A stretch of 64,000 nucleotides of DNA from a bacterium (GTDB lineage: Bacteria > UBA8248): positions 992,001-1,056,000 of the forward strand of contig CBDATS010000004.1 of the NCBI GenBank assembly GCA_965200245.1. The letters run 5' to 3'. Shown one piece after another: positions 41,284 to 50,942 of the stretch (the stretch's first letter is position 1; each line of letters opens with the position of its first letter). A program made the position numbers and the translations under genes. The notes beneath the pieces are model-generated. The model was given only the letters and a program-made list of their open reading frames with translations. It searched no databases and had not been told where the DNA came from.

Positions 41284-42297
41284 TCATCCGCTCCGTGGTG
41301 CCTCTTCTCCGGCGAAGAACGCGGCGATCCTGTTGAGGGATTTCGGGATGTCCACGTCCCACTGGCGGTTCGAACCCCCGCCGGTATGGGGCAGCAATAC
41401 GGCGTTGGGCATCCCGATCAGCGGACTGTCGGCGGGCAGGGGTTCATAGCGGTAGACATCGAGCCCCGCCATGGCGATCTCGCCCCCCTCAAGCGCAGCG
41501 GCGAGCGCCGCCTCATCCACCAGCGCGCCGCGTCCCACGTTGATGAGGGTTGCCGTCTTCTTCATGCGCGCGAGTTGTTCGGCACCTATCATCCCCTCGC
41601 TTTCTGCAGTGTGCGGCAGGACGAGCACGAGATAATCGACACACTCCAGCAGATTGTCAAAGTCCAGATACACGGCCTGGTATTCCGCCTCCACTTGCGA
41701 CAAGTGCCGCGTTCTTTGGTGATAGAAGATTTCCATGCCGAAGGCGAGACAGCGCCTTGCGATGTCCATTCCGATGTCGCCCAGGCCGATGATGCCCACG
41801 CTCTCGCCATACAACTCGCCCACGCCCTCGATCCCGGGCCAGTTGGGCCGAATACTCCACTGACTCGTCAGGGCGGGTTCGAGGCCCATCTCGCGGTAGA
41901 CGCCCGCCTCGACCGCCTTTTGGCCAAGAATTGTCTTGCGCGCGCAGCAGAGCATGAGGACGAGGGCCTGTTCGGCCACGGTGGCATTTCGCAAGAGCGA
42001 CTGCGTACCGACGGGGATGCCCCGCGCGCGTGCCTCGTCCACGGCGATGTTCTTGCAATTCAGCCCGTGTTTCTGGATGTAGCGCAGCCGCTCCGCTGCA
42101 CGGATGACAGAGGCGGGCAGTGCCGCCTTGTAGCAGAGCACCGCGTCGGCTTCGGGCGCGAGTCCAAGAAGCGCCTCTTCCTCCGCATTGTCTGGCGCGA
42201 TGACCTCGAAAGGCGCTGCGGCGGGACTCGTTTTTACTCTTTCCAGAAAGCGGCCCGATGCCCCATCGGTGACGAGCAAGCGGATTCTATCGCTCAC
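41284..42297 (-). CDS. D-isomer-specific 2-hydroxyacid dehydrogenase
   Basis: GIIGLGDIG, INVGRG, GLDVYRYEP, PHTGG. Confidence 0.92.
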   Translation of the reverse strand: MSDRIRLLVTDGASGRFLERVKTSPAAAPFEVIAPDNAEEEALLGLAPEADAVLCYKAALPASVIRAAERLRYIQKHGLNCKNIAVDEARARGIPVGTQSLLRNATVAEQALVLMLCCARKTILGQKAVEAGVYREMGLEPALTSQWSIRPNWPGIEGVGELYGESVGIIGLGDIGMDIARRCLAFGMEIFYHQRTRHLSQVEAEYQAVYLDFDNLLECVDYLVLVLPHTAESEGMIGAEQLARMKKTATLINVGRGALVDEAALAAALEGGEIAMAGLDVYRYEPLPADSPLIGMPNAVLLPHTGGGSNRQWDVDIPKSLNRIAAFFAGEEAPRSG

Positions 42298-42483
42298 GGC
42301 TTCTCCTTGCGCGGAGTGTGTGGTGAAAACAGAAACGGTTTCTTGACATGGAAGAGGATGGGGTGCTATGGGAGTGCCTCATTTGTCTGGCGTACAGGGG
42401 CTGACCACAGCCTGTCCCAACATGTGCTCGTACCGAAACCTGCCTTGAGGGATTGGCGGTGCGGCGTATGCACTTTCCGCACG

Positions 42484-42516
42484 GCCCGCCTGCGAAAGAA
42501 TTTCTCACAGGCGGGC
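42484..42516. terminator. GC-rich hairpin downstream of the binding-protein gene
   Basis: GCCCGCCTG...CAGGCGGGC 9-bp stem, no clear U-tract. Confidence 0.45.
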
Positions 42517-42533
42517 ACGAAGCGGTTACTATG

Positions 42534-43640
42534 CTACTTGAACACCTCAAGCCACTCGCCGCGTACCTTCTTGAAACTGCGCTGGGCAGCGACCCAGTCC
42601 TTGAGTCCGATCAGTTTCACCTTGCTCAGGTCCATCAGGAACGGACGCACATTCTCGGGTGGCGTGTAGTTCCCTCTAAAGGAGTAGATGGCTTCGTTGC
42701 CGACGTAGATGTCGGTGCCTTCCTTGCTCATCAGAAACTCGAGCAAGAGCTTGCCCGCGTTGGGATGCGGGGAGCCCTTGATCACGCCCGCCTGGTTGCC
42801 GAGCATGACCTGACCTTCCTTGTAATGGCTCATCTTGATGATCTTGGCGAGGTCGGGTTTTTTGAGGACGTTCTGATAGACACGTCCTGTGAGGTTGAAC
42901 ATGTCGACCGGACGCTCGCAGTTGATAACCGTCTGGATACGGGGCTCGGTGCGGAACATGACGACGGGTTTGGTGGCTTTCATCTTCTGCCAGAAATCGC
43001 TCATGTTCACACCCGCCTCGGTCAGGCCGATGACGGTGTTGGTGGTCGTGAAACTCTTGGTGATGTCAGTCACGATGGTCTTGCCCGTGAGCGAGGGGTG
43101 GACCACGTCGAAGAGCGACTCGACCTTGAGGTCCTTCATGCCCGGGCAAGAAGCGTTCCACACGGGCTGGAAGCTGTAGGCCAAAGGCGTCACGATGTAG
43201 GGGTAGTTGTGATACTGTCCAGCCTTCTCGACGACACCAACGAGGTCTTTCCACTGCCCGCTATCGAGTTTCAAGAAAGCACCGCGCTTCACCGCCGCGT
43301 GGAAAAACCCCGGCGCGCTCACGAGGTGAACATCCACGGTGAATTTCCCTGCCTTGATCTCCTGGCGCACCTGCGCGACGGTCGAGCCGGTTCCCTTGCG
43401 CACGTTGCGGAACTTGAAGCCGTCCCCCAGGCCATAGCGCTTGATGAAGGCGGGAGCCATCACCTTGGAAGTCCGGTCGCTGAACAATGGGTTGATGATG
43501 ACGACACCGCCCTCTTTTTTCGCCGCGCGGATGAGTTTCTTTTCCTGATCGGTGATCTTGGCGGCTTGCGCGAGCGAAGTGCCGGCGACGCACACTGCAA
43601 GTGCGATCGCTGCCAAACCATAGATGCGAAGTTTCTTCAT
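42534..43640 (-). CDS. ABC transporter substrate-binding protein (Fe/thiamine/polyamine-like)
   Basis: Signal peptide MKKLRIYGLAAIALAVCVAGTSLAQA, AAKKEG, SPHPNAGKLLLEFLMSKEG. AGGAGG RBS. Confidence 0.88.
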   Translation of the reverse strand: MKKLRIYGLAAIALAVCVAGTSLAQAAKITDQEKKLIRAAKKEGGVVIINPLFSDRTSKVMAPAFIKRYGLGDGFKFRNVRKGTGSTVAQVRQEIKAGKFTVDVHLVSAPGFFHAAVKRGAFLKLDSGQWKDLVGVVEKAGQYHNYPYIVTPLAYSFQPVWNASCPGMKDLKVESLFDVVHPSLTGKTIVTDITKSFTTTNTVIGLTEAGVNMSDFWQKMKATKPVVMFRTEPRIQTVINCERPVDMFNLTGRVYQNVLKKPDLAKIIKMSHYKEGQVMLGNQAGVIKGSPHPNAGKLLLEFLMSKEGTDIYVGNEAIYSFRGNYTPPENVRPFLMDLSKVKLIGLKDWVAAQRSFKKVRGEWLEVFK

Positions 43641-43653
43641 CGTTTTCCTCCTT

Positions 43654-43695
43654 TGGGTTGATTGTTCATCCATCTGGGTCAATTGTTCATCCATC
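43654..43695 (+). repeat. 21-bp tandem duplication (2 copies, 2 mismatches)
   Basis: TGGGTTGATTGTTCATCCATC / TGGGTCAATTGTTCATCCATC. Confidence 0.85.
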
Positions 43696-45136
43696 AATCC
43701 GTAGGGGTGGGAGAACCGAAAGAGCCACCCCCTCTCAGGACGCCTTCTCTCCCACCGTATCGCTCCACCAAGGCCGCCTGATCGGCTCTGGCTCTTTTGT
43801 CAGCGGCCTCCGGGTCCACGATACCCCGAAGCACGGCTTCGAATTCTTCGATAAGAGAAGTGTAACGAGATTCTCGCGCGAGGTCGAACGCCTCTTCGGG
43901 ATCATTTTCGAGGTCGAACAATTCGGGCGCGAAATTGACGTAGTGGATGTACTTGTACCGTCCTCGCCTCACCATACAGCCCCCTGTAGGCGCGCCCGCC
44001 GCGTGGTACTCGCTGAAAGCGATGCGCTCGGTGTCGTCGTGAACCGCCGCAATTTCGAATCACGATTCGCCAGGCAACTCCCGCTTCTCTGCTTCCGTCA
44101 ACCCCTCGCCTACGGCGGCCAGGATGGTCGCGTAGGCGTCGGCGAGCGAGACCGCCGTGCGGCAGACCTTTCCCTTGGGAATGTCCGGCCCCGCAAGCAC
44201 GAGCGGCACGGCGGCCGATTCCTCATAGAGCGTGCTCTTGCCCCAGATGCCGCGCTTGCCCAGACTCTCGCCATGGTCGCTGGCGTAGACCACGCGGGTG
44301 CGAGCGGAAAGCCCCGCTGACTCTATCGCACCCAACACTGCGCCCACGTTTGCGTCCATGAACGAACACATCCCGAAATAAGAAGCGACGGCCACGCGGC
44401 GTTTCTCCTCGTCCATGTAGTCGTCATACGGCCAGGCCTCGCGGATCGCGCGCACCCAGGGGTGGTGTGCCGGGTCGGCGGCGGACCTGGGTTTGGGTAG
44501 CGGCATCTCCTCCACCGGATACATCGCATAGAACTCGGGTGGTGCCACGAGCGGATAGTGCGGCGCGAGAAAGGAAACGAAGAGCACCCAAGGCCTCTCG
44601 TCCCCTCGCTCGCCCGCTTCTTCAATCCACCTGCAAGCCTGCTCGGCGATTTGGCTGTCGTAGCGCAAAACGCTCGAATCGCCCGGCCCCAACTGCTCGG
44701 CCAGATTGCTTGTGCTCGTCTTGGGCGGCATCTCGGCACGAAGCGCACCCGCGAGGTCGCCTTTCCCGTCCTTTATGTGCATGGGAAGGATTTGCTCGTC
44801 CAGCCCAGTGGGGTCGGTCGTGTTTCGATAGTGGAGCTTTCCGATCGAGACGGCCCGGTGCCCAGTAGCCTGCAGGCGGTGCCCCCAGCCGGGGATGCGG
44901 CCATCATAAGGGTGCGCGTTGTCCCAGTAGCCGGTCTCGTGCGCGTAGCGACCCGTGGCGAAACTCGCCCGTGCGGGCACGCAGATGGGACAGTTCGTAT
45001 AGGCGCTGACAAAGTGTACACCCGAAGTCGCCAAGCCATCGATGTGGGGCGTCTTCACGATTTCGTGTCCGTAGCAACCGAGCATCCGCGCGTTGTGCTC
45101 ATCCGACATGATGAAGACGAAACTCGAAGATTCCAC
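43694..45136 (-). pseudogene. Choline-sulfatase-like sulfatase, disrupted
   Basis: FIMSDEH, formylglycine motif CVPAR, GKLH, SDHGE. In-frame TGA at 44060-44062, continuation FEIAA...FSEYHAAGAPTG, then a 1-nt frameshift near 43977 into MVRRGRYKYIHY...ELFDLENDPEE. Confidence 0.88.
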
Positions 45137-45295
45137 CCCGGCTCTCCGTGACGACGATGACACATGAACGATATGCCCGATGGCATATCACCTTCAGGCG
45201 GGGGTTGTGAAGTGGACTTGGTTCAGGTCCTCAGAACTTATAACCGGCATACCTGCATGGTGACGATCGCCATCATGCCGATCACGATCGCCCGT

Positions 45296-46603
45296 TCAGG
45301 CGGTGATCACTTTAAGCTGACGCAGGCGGCTTTGATAGCCGCCGATGATCGAGTCGGTGATCTCGGTCGGAAAATCTTTTGGCAACGTGGCAAGCGTGTC
45401 GTTGATAGCCTGATCACTGCTATCCAATAACTCGGTGAAGAGCCCCTGGACGATGCTCTCGCCCATACCGCAGGCTTCGGATGTTTGCAGGAAATGTCGC
45501 GGGGCGATCCTGTGCACGAGGTAGTGACGGCTCTTGCCAATGGCCATTTTCATCTGCCGTTGTCGCAACTGCTTCGCGTCATAGAGCGGCTGCACTGACA
45601 TCACATCATACAGCGGCGTCAGAGAAAACCGGCTGCGCGGGTGCAGGAACAGGCTGAAACTCTTGGCATGACCGTCGGTCGCAGCCAGCAGCCAGTACAC
45701 GATGACGGCTTTCACGATCAATCGCTGATCGTCTAATGGCGTATCGCTGCCTGTGAACAGGCCGATCAGGTCGGGAAGATCCGGGCCACCATCACTTTCA
45801 TACTTACGGATCGGCGGGACCGACAGCGCCTGACAACAATCTTCCTGCGGCAGGCGCAGCAAGCGCTTGTCTTTGGCCCAGACCCGATCAAACCTCTCGA
45901 CAACGAGTACCTTCCCGTTGCCGAAAGTTGAAATCGCCGTATTGGCAACCGGCAGACCCAAGGCATTCATGAGCTTCATGCACAGATGTTCGTTCTCCAC
46001 CGAGAGTGACAGGTCGATGCCGTCGGACCGCTTGCCGATCTCTGGTTTGAGGATGTGGGTAGTCGCCGTCGTACCGTGCGGGATATGCCACTGATCCTGC
46101 CAATACAGCAAGGCAGTTTTTGCCTGTGCGCCTGCCAGTGAAATCCGAAATTTCTCGTCATCACCGATGCCGAGCGGGCTACCGTCAAGATCACCCAGCA
46201 GGGCGGCAATCTCATCATCGTCGACGGGCCGTGCATCAATCCCGCCAGCCGGCTCTGGCCCAATACCTTCGGGCAGGAACTGCAGCGCGCCGACGCAATC
46301 GCGGCCGATGGCACTCAGCAGGCTGAAGACGTCGGCACCTTCGGCATGGGCGCGCTCGGAAAGCCTACGGCGAATATCGGGATTGTCCGGGAGCAGGTTA
46401 TCGAAAACGGTGATCACCGGTGCACCGATATAACAGTCCTCGCGCAAAGGCAGGGACAGGGAGATCGGGAAGGTGTTCTCCCAGGACAGCCAGCTGTCAT
46501 CGTACTGGAAATCCACAGCGCCGTTCGCGGCCTTGCGCAACTGGCCAACAAGGCGGCTGTTCAGATAGACCGCGAGCGGGACATGAGTTTTTCGCCGGGC
46601 CAT
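45296..46603 (-). CDS. hipA: HipA family Ser/Thr kinase toxin
   Basis: FRISLAGAQAK, THILKP, VERFDR, QEDCCQAL, TDGHAKSFS, TPLYDV. Confidence 0.93.
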   Translation of the reverse strand: MARRKTHVPLAVYLNSRLVGQLRKAANGAVDFQYDDSWLSWENTFPISLSLPLREDCYIGAPVITVFDNLLPDNPDIRRRLSERAHAEGADVFSLLSAIGRDCVGALQFLPEGIGPEPAGGIDARPVDDDEIAALLGDLDGSPLGIGDDEKFRISLAGAQAKTALLYWQDQWHIPHGTTATTHILKPEIGKRSDGIDLSLSVENEHLCMKLMNALGLPVANTAISTFGNGKVLVVERFDRVWAKDKRLLRLPQEDCCQALSVPPIRKYESDGGPDLPDLIGLFTGSDTPLDDQRLIVKAVIVYWLLAATDGHAKSFSLFLHPRSRFSLTPLYDVMSVQPLYDAKQLRQRQMKMAIGKSRHYLVHRIAPRHFLQTSEACGMGESIVQGLFTELLDSSDQAINDTLATLPKDFPTEITDSIIGGYQSRLRQLKVITA

Positions 46604-46857
46604 CAGAACAGGTTCTCGATGTCCTCAACATTCACCTGGCTGCGCGGCTGCACGACAAGCTCCAGATCGAGCGCGGCCAAGGTGGCGATGATCGTAGCAA
46701 GCTGCGTGGCCGGGGCACCGCCCTCCAGCCTAGAAATGGTCGCCTGGCGCAGATGGATTTTTTCGCCGAGTTGGGATTGCGTCAGGCCTCGCTGCTTGCG
46801 GACCCGGCGCAGGATGGCGCCCAGCTGTTTTTCCGATCTGGCAAGGTGCTCGGTCAT
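46603..46857 (-). CDS. hipB: HipB-type HTH antitoxin
   Basis: Cro/HTH pattern LRRVRKQRGLTQSQLG...QATISRLEGG. TGATG overlap with hipA. Confidence 0.9.
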   Translation of the reverse strand: MTEHLARSEKQLGAILRRVRKQRGLTQSQLGEKIHLRQATISRLEGGAPATQLATIIATLAALDLELVVQPRSQVNVEDIENLF

Positions 46858-46879
46858 GATCGTGTCCTCCCTGCCTGAA

Positions 46880-46924
46880 TATACGCGATAACGAATAGAT
46901 ATATTTTATACGTGAATAAGTATA
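46880..46924. promoter_or_regulatory. Two HipB-type operator palindromes
   Basis: TATAC-N8-GAATA (46880-46897) and TATAC-N8-GTATA (46907-46924), comparable to E. coli hipBA TATCC-N8-GGATA. Confidence 0.7.
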
Positions 46925-47037
46925 ACGATAGACTTCTCGTAACAGACATGCTTGCCCGCGGCGGCCAGGGCCTCGGCGAGAACGTCGGCTCAGCGGCCCA
47001 GACCCATTGAGGCAACGCGTACGGGTTTGAACGACAT
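46925..47037 (-). pseudogene. Gfo/Idh/MocA oxidoreductase remnant
   Basis: RBS AGGAG then MSFKPVRVASMGLGR*ADVLAEALAAAGKHVCYEKSI, aligning with the N-terminus and GKHV motif of 33241..34254. Confidence 0.7.
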
Positions 47038-47167
47038 GTCGTTTTCTCCTGTAATGATTGACAAAAGGTTTTATCGGGTGAATATCCCATTTCGCTTTGC
47101 AATCTGAAACTTGCACACCACTTGAACAAAGACCGGCTTTTGGAGGAATTTCGCAGCATGGTTCGCG

Positions 47168-47370
47168 TCAGACGTGCAGAACGACGAGGTCATCTTCCAC
47201 CGTTACACGAAAAATCTCCACGGAAGGGCATTCTTCCGAGTTCGCTGGACGCTCGGCTGTCACCATGTACGCTCTCATGCAGGTGCGATGAGGGTTGAAA
47301 ACGGAGCGGATCCATGAGGATATCGAATTCCCGACAATGTCAGGGACAAACGATTCATTCCCTGTTTCTC
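47168..47370 (-). pseudogene. Rieske [2Fe-2S] ferredoxin remnant
   Basis: IVCP*HCREFDI (compare CPWHGWEFD) near 47317-47356, then in another frame SVFNPHRTCMRAY...VEIFRVTVEDDLVVLHV*. Confidence 0.6.
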
Positions 47371-47371
47371 A

Positions 47372-47881
47372 CTACTCCTGCATTCTGAGCGCCGGCATGT
47401 CACACGCGAGAAATCCGCAGGGACACATCGGATTCGCGAGTTTCCTCAAAAACTGTTTTTGGGGGATGACGACAATCATGTCGAGTTCGAGACGGGCGCC
47501 CGGTGCGCTCAGTCCCTGAACACACAGCCCCGTGCTTGCAGGCTTCCAGTCCCCGAAATATTCCCGCAGTACCGCGTTGACGGCATCTCTCTCTCGCTTG
47601 TCGGTGAAGTATTTGGTCACTTTGACGACGTTGCGCCAGGTCAGGTTGCGAGCGTCGAGAACCGTCTTGATGTTTTCCATGACGCGCCGGGTCTGTTCCT
47701 CGATGTCGTGCGGCAGAACGTGTTCCTCCGGCACGTGGGGGTGCTGATGGTAGAGTGGGGATGTCGTCGAACCAGAAAGAAAGAGGATATCGCATCCGCC
47801 CTCGACGTGAATCGCCGGGGCATATGGCATGTTATGTCTTTCCTCGGGTTTGGGGTGAACTTCCTGGATGCCGTCAATCAT
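47372..47881 (-). CDS. Rid (YjgF/YER057c/UK114) family protein with an aberrant C-terminal extension
   Basis: PYAPAI, LFLSG, IEEQTRRVMENI, VVKVT, KPAST, RLELD. Reads on into the Rieske remnant. Confidence 0.8.
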   Translation of the reverse strand: MIDGIQEVHPKPEERHNMPYAPAIHVEGGCDILFLSGSTTSPLYHQHPHVPEEHVLPHDIEEQTRRVMENIKTVLDARNLTWRNVVKVTKYFTDKRERDAVNAVLREYFGDWKPASTGLCVQGLSAPGARLELDMIVVIPQKQFLRKLANPMCPCGFLACDMPALRMQE

Positions 47882-48018
47882 GGTTTTTCTCCTGTTTGCT
47901 GAAACCATTCACTCCGAATAATTCCCGACCCCATAGGTCAGCGGTTCCGATCCGGGCTTTCCGGCTGTATGCGGAAACCGGGTGCGCGCGGGCGCCATCC
48001 TGGAGGTTCCCGATGGTG

Positions 48019-48861
48019 TCAGAGCTCGCGAATCATCCCCCAACGCTGCACCGTATACACTTCGAACGAACGGAGCGCGACGCGCTCGAGCAGGAAGCCG
48101 AACACGCCGATGAGCAATACGCCCGCGCACATGACGTCGATCTGCAGGAAATCCTGCGCAAGAAAAATGCGGTAGCCGAGCCCCGTCCCGATGGAAACGA
48201 GCAATTCGCCCCCGACCAGTATGCGCCAGGCGCGCGAGAACCCCAGTCGATAGCCTGTGATGATGGAGGGAAGGGCCGCGGGAAACAAAACACGCCGGAA
48301 AAACGGCCATCCCCTCGCCCCGAGAACGCGCCCCGCGTAGAGCATGTTGGGCGGCACGGATTTCACGCCCATCCAGGTGTTCACCAGAACGGTCAGGCCG
48401 GCCTCGAACCCGAGGGTCACGATGAGGGTCGTTTCGGTAAGGCCGAGAAAGAGGATGACGATGGGAAAAGTGGCGATGCCCGGAATCGAGAGGAAAAAAT
48501 TCAAGGGCGGGATGATGATTTTTTCGGCGAAGCGGTTTGTTCCCATTATGAGACCGAAAACGGTGCCGATCAGGCAGGCGATGAATCCGCCCAGAAGGAC
48601 GCGACTCAGGGACGCGAGGATGTCCCGCATCAGAATCCCGTCGTTAAAGATGCGGACGATGGTCAGGGCGACTTCGGTCACCGTGGGGAAAAGCGCCTCA
48701 TGAATGATCCCCGTTCGTGCGACGATTTCCCAGAGAACGAACAGGCAAAGCAGCGGCCATGTATTTTCCCAGGCCGTCAACATGTAGTGCACCCACTTCC
48801 CCTTGCCCGGATCGATGATCTCAACGGCTTCTGAATCCACAAGCGCATCGGAATGAACCAT
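48019..48861 (-). CDS. NitT/TauT family ABC transporter permease
   Basis: LWEIVA...FPT, SLSRV, VLFPAALPSIITGYRLG, GLGYRI. Confidence 0.9.
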   Translation of the reverse strand: MVHSDALVDSEAVEIIDPGKGKWVHYMLTAWENTWPLLCLFVLWEIVARTGIIHEALFPTVTEVALTIVRIFNDGILMRDILASLSRVLLGGFIACLIGTVFGLIMGTNRFAEKIIIPPLNFFLSIPGIATFPIVILFLGLTETTLIVTLGFEAGLTVLVNTWMGVKSVPPNMLYAGRVLGARGWPFFRRVLFPAALPSIITGYRLGFSRAWRILVGGELLVSIGTGLGYRIFLAQDFLQIDVMCAGVLLIGVFGFLLERVALRSFEVYTVQRWGMIREL

Positions 48862-48929
48862 TTCGCCCTCCTGTTTTCAGCTTGTTTGCAGCACTATTCG
48901 CGCGGATCCGGAGTGAGCCCTGGGGGAAT

Positions 48930-49778
48930 TCACTCCAGCATTCCGCGTTCCAGCATGTCGGGAGATTTCGAAAGAGGCGGCTGCCGAACCGATCGCATCG
49001 ACGCATCGCCCTTGATTTGCCGTTCGATGAGATTTTCCAGATCGCGTTCGTATTCCATCAGGGGACCGGAAAGCGAGATGCGCTGATCATAGGTAAGGCC
49101 TATCGGAATCGTCTCCACCACCTTGCCCGGACGGGCGCTCAAGACCACCACTTTTTGCGAGAGGAACACCGCTTCCCGGACGCTGTGCGTGATGAAAACG
49201 ATGGTCTTTTTCGTCTCCCGCCAGATGTCGAGCAATTGAATCTGAAGGCTCTTGCGGGTTTGGGCGTCGAGCGACCCGAACGGCTCGTCCATTAGCAGTA
49301 TTTCCGGTTCGGTCGCCATCGCGCGCGCGATGCCCACTCGCTGCTTCATCCCGCCCGATAGTCGGTGGGGAAACACATCGGCGAAGTCCTGGAGGTTCAC
49401 GAGGCGCAGATACTGTTCCGAAATCCGGTACTGCTTCTCCTCGGACATCCCTTTCATCGAAAGCCCGAACTTGACGTTGTTGCGAACCGTCATCCAGGAG
49501 AAGAGCGCGAAATCCTGGAACACGACGCCCCGATCGAGGCCGGGCTCGCTGATGGATCGACCGTCGAGGAGCAGAACACCCGAGTCGAACAGATGAATTC
49601 CGGCCACCACCATCAGGAAGGTGGACTTCCCGCAGCCACTCGGGCCGATGACGGTGACGAATTCGCCTTCGTTCACTTCGAGATTGAGGCCGCGCAACGC
49701 GTGGACGCGAGAGCGCTTCCCGAAACCCTCGTTAATGATATAGGACTTGTCCAGATTCTGGACCAGGAGTTTAGCCAT
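48930..49778 (-). CDS. NitT/TauT family ABC transporter ATP-binding protein
   Basis: GPSGCGKST, LSGGMKQR, LMDEPFGSLD, FITHS. Confidence 0.93.
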   Translation of the reverse strand: MAKLLVQNLDKSYIINEGFGKRSRVHALRGLNLEVNEGEFVTVIGPSGCGKSTFLMVVAGIHLFDSGVLLLDGRSISEPGLDRGVVFQDFALFSWMTVRNNVKFGLSMKGMSEEKQYRISEQYLRLVNLQDFADVFPHRLSGGMKQRVGIARAMATEPEILLMDEPFGSLDAQTRKSLQIQLLDIWRETKKTIVFITHSVREAVFLSQKVVVLSARPGKVVETIPIGLTYDQRISLSGPLMEYERDLENLIERQIKGDASMRSVRQPPLSKSPDMLERGMLE

Positions 49779-49913
49779 TTCCTGCACGTTTTTCCTTCGG
49801 CGGGTCAAGGAGACGCTCCCTGACCGATTCTGAAGGCTCGAAAGAAACCGGCCGGTCCGCCGAGGGAGCCTACTTTCCCCCGGCGGTCCCCGGACGGCGT
49901 AATCCAAGGTTCC

Positions 49914-50843
49914 CTAATTTTTCGCGAGCGCTTTGTTGGTGAATTCAAGCAGCAGCGATTTCTTGAAATCGGGAACGAACTTGATTTTTTTGATTTCGCG
50001 CATGATCTGCGCAAAATTATTCACGTCGTTCAGAACTTCATCGTCGACCGTCAGCTTGTCGTAATCGGCGACGTAGATGCCCGCCTTGATCTTGGCTCTC
50101 GGGACGTTCAGGCCCCACCCCTTGTAGGCTTTCGCCAGGATGTCAACCGTCTCCTCCGGATTGGAGTTGATGAATTTGATCGACTTGATCCAGGCGTTCA
50201 CGAACCGCTGGGTGGCTTCCCTGTTCTTTTTCACCCAGTTGCAGTTGGCATAAAGAAAAACCGGGCACACGATTTTTCCAAGCTTTGACCATTCCGTGTT
50301 TGATAGCAAGACACGGGCGAGCCCCTTGGAGACCATGATGGAAGCGTAGGGTTCCCAGGCCACGGCTACGTCGAGCGAGCCGGACTCGAGCGTGGCGGGA
50401 ATGAGTCTCGTCTTCATGTTCTTGAGGACGAAATCCTTCTCCTTCAGCCCCTGGTACTTGAGCAGAATCCGCCAGGCCGTGTAGGTGCCAGATCCCATCT
50501 GGACCGCCAGGCGCTTGCCTTTGAGATCCGCCATCTTCTTGGAAGTCTTGTCCCGCACCGGAACGACGATCTTGGAGGTGAGGCCGTATTGGACCATTCC
50601 GATGACGCACAGCGGGAGCTTTTTCGCCAGACCCTGAAGGACGCGTACGTGCAGGCCGACACCCATTTCGGCGGAACCGCCGACGACCGCCTGCAGGGAG
50701 GCACTCCCCGAACTCTCCGCAAAGACCTGGACCTTGACTCCTTCCTCCTTGAAGAAACCCTTCTGCTCGGCCACTTCGTTCACGACCGCCTGAGGGCTTC
50801 GGTTCGTCGACAGCCTGACGTTGTACGCCGGGTCCGCGAGCAA
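49914..50843 (-). pseudogene. SsuA/NMT1-like substrate-binding protein lacking its 5' end (no signal peptide)
   Basis: VAEQKGFFKEEG, LKGKRLAV, AWEPY. The frame starts without a signal peptide or RBS and has an in-frame TAG just upstream. Confidence 0.7.
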
Positions 50844-50942
50844 GGCGGCGACGGTCCACCTCGTCCGCTACGCCGGCCGCCTTTGGAGTGAAACGCCGCC
50901 GCCATCTTCTGGGCCAGGTTTTACCAGAGAGGAGGAAGTTTT

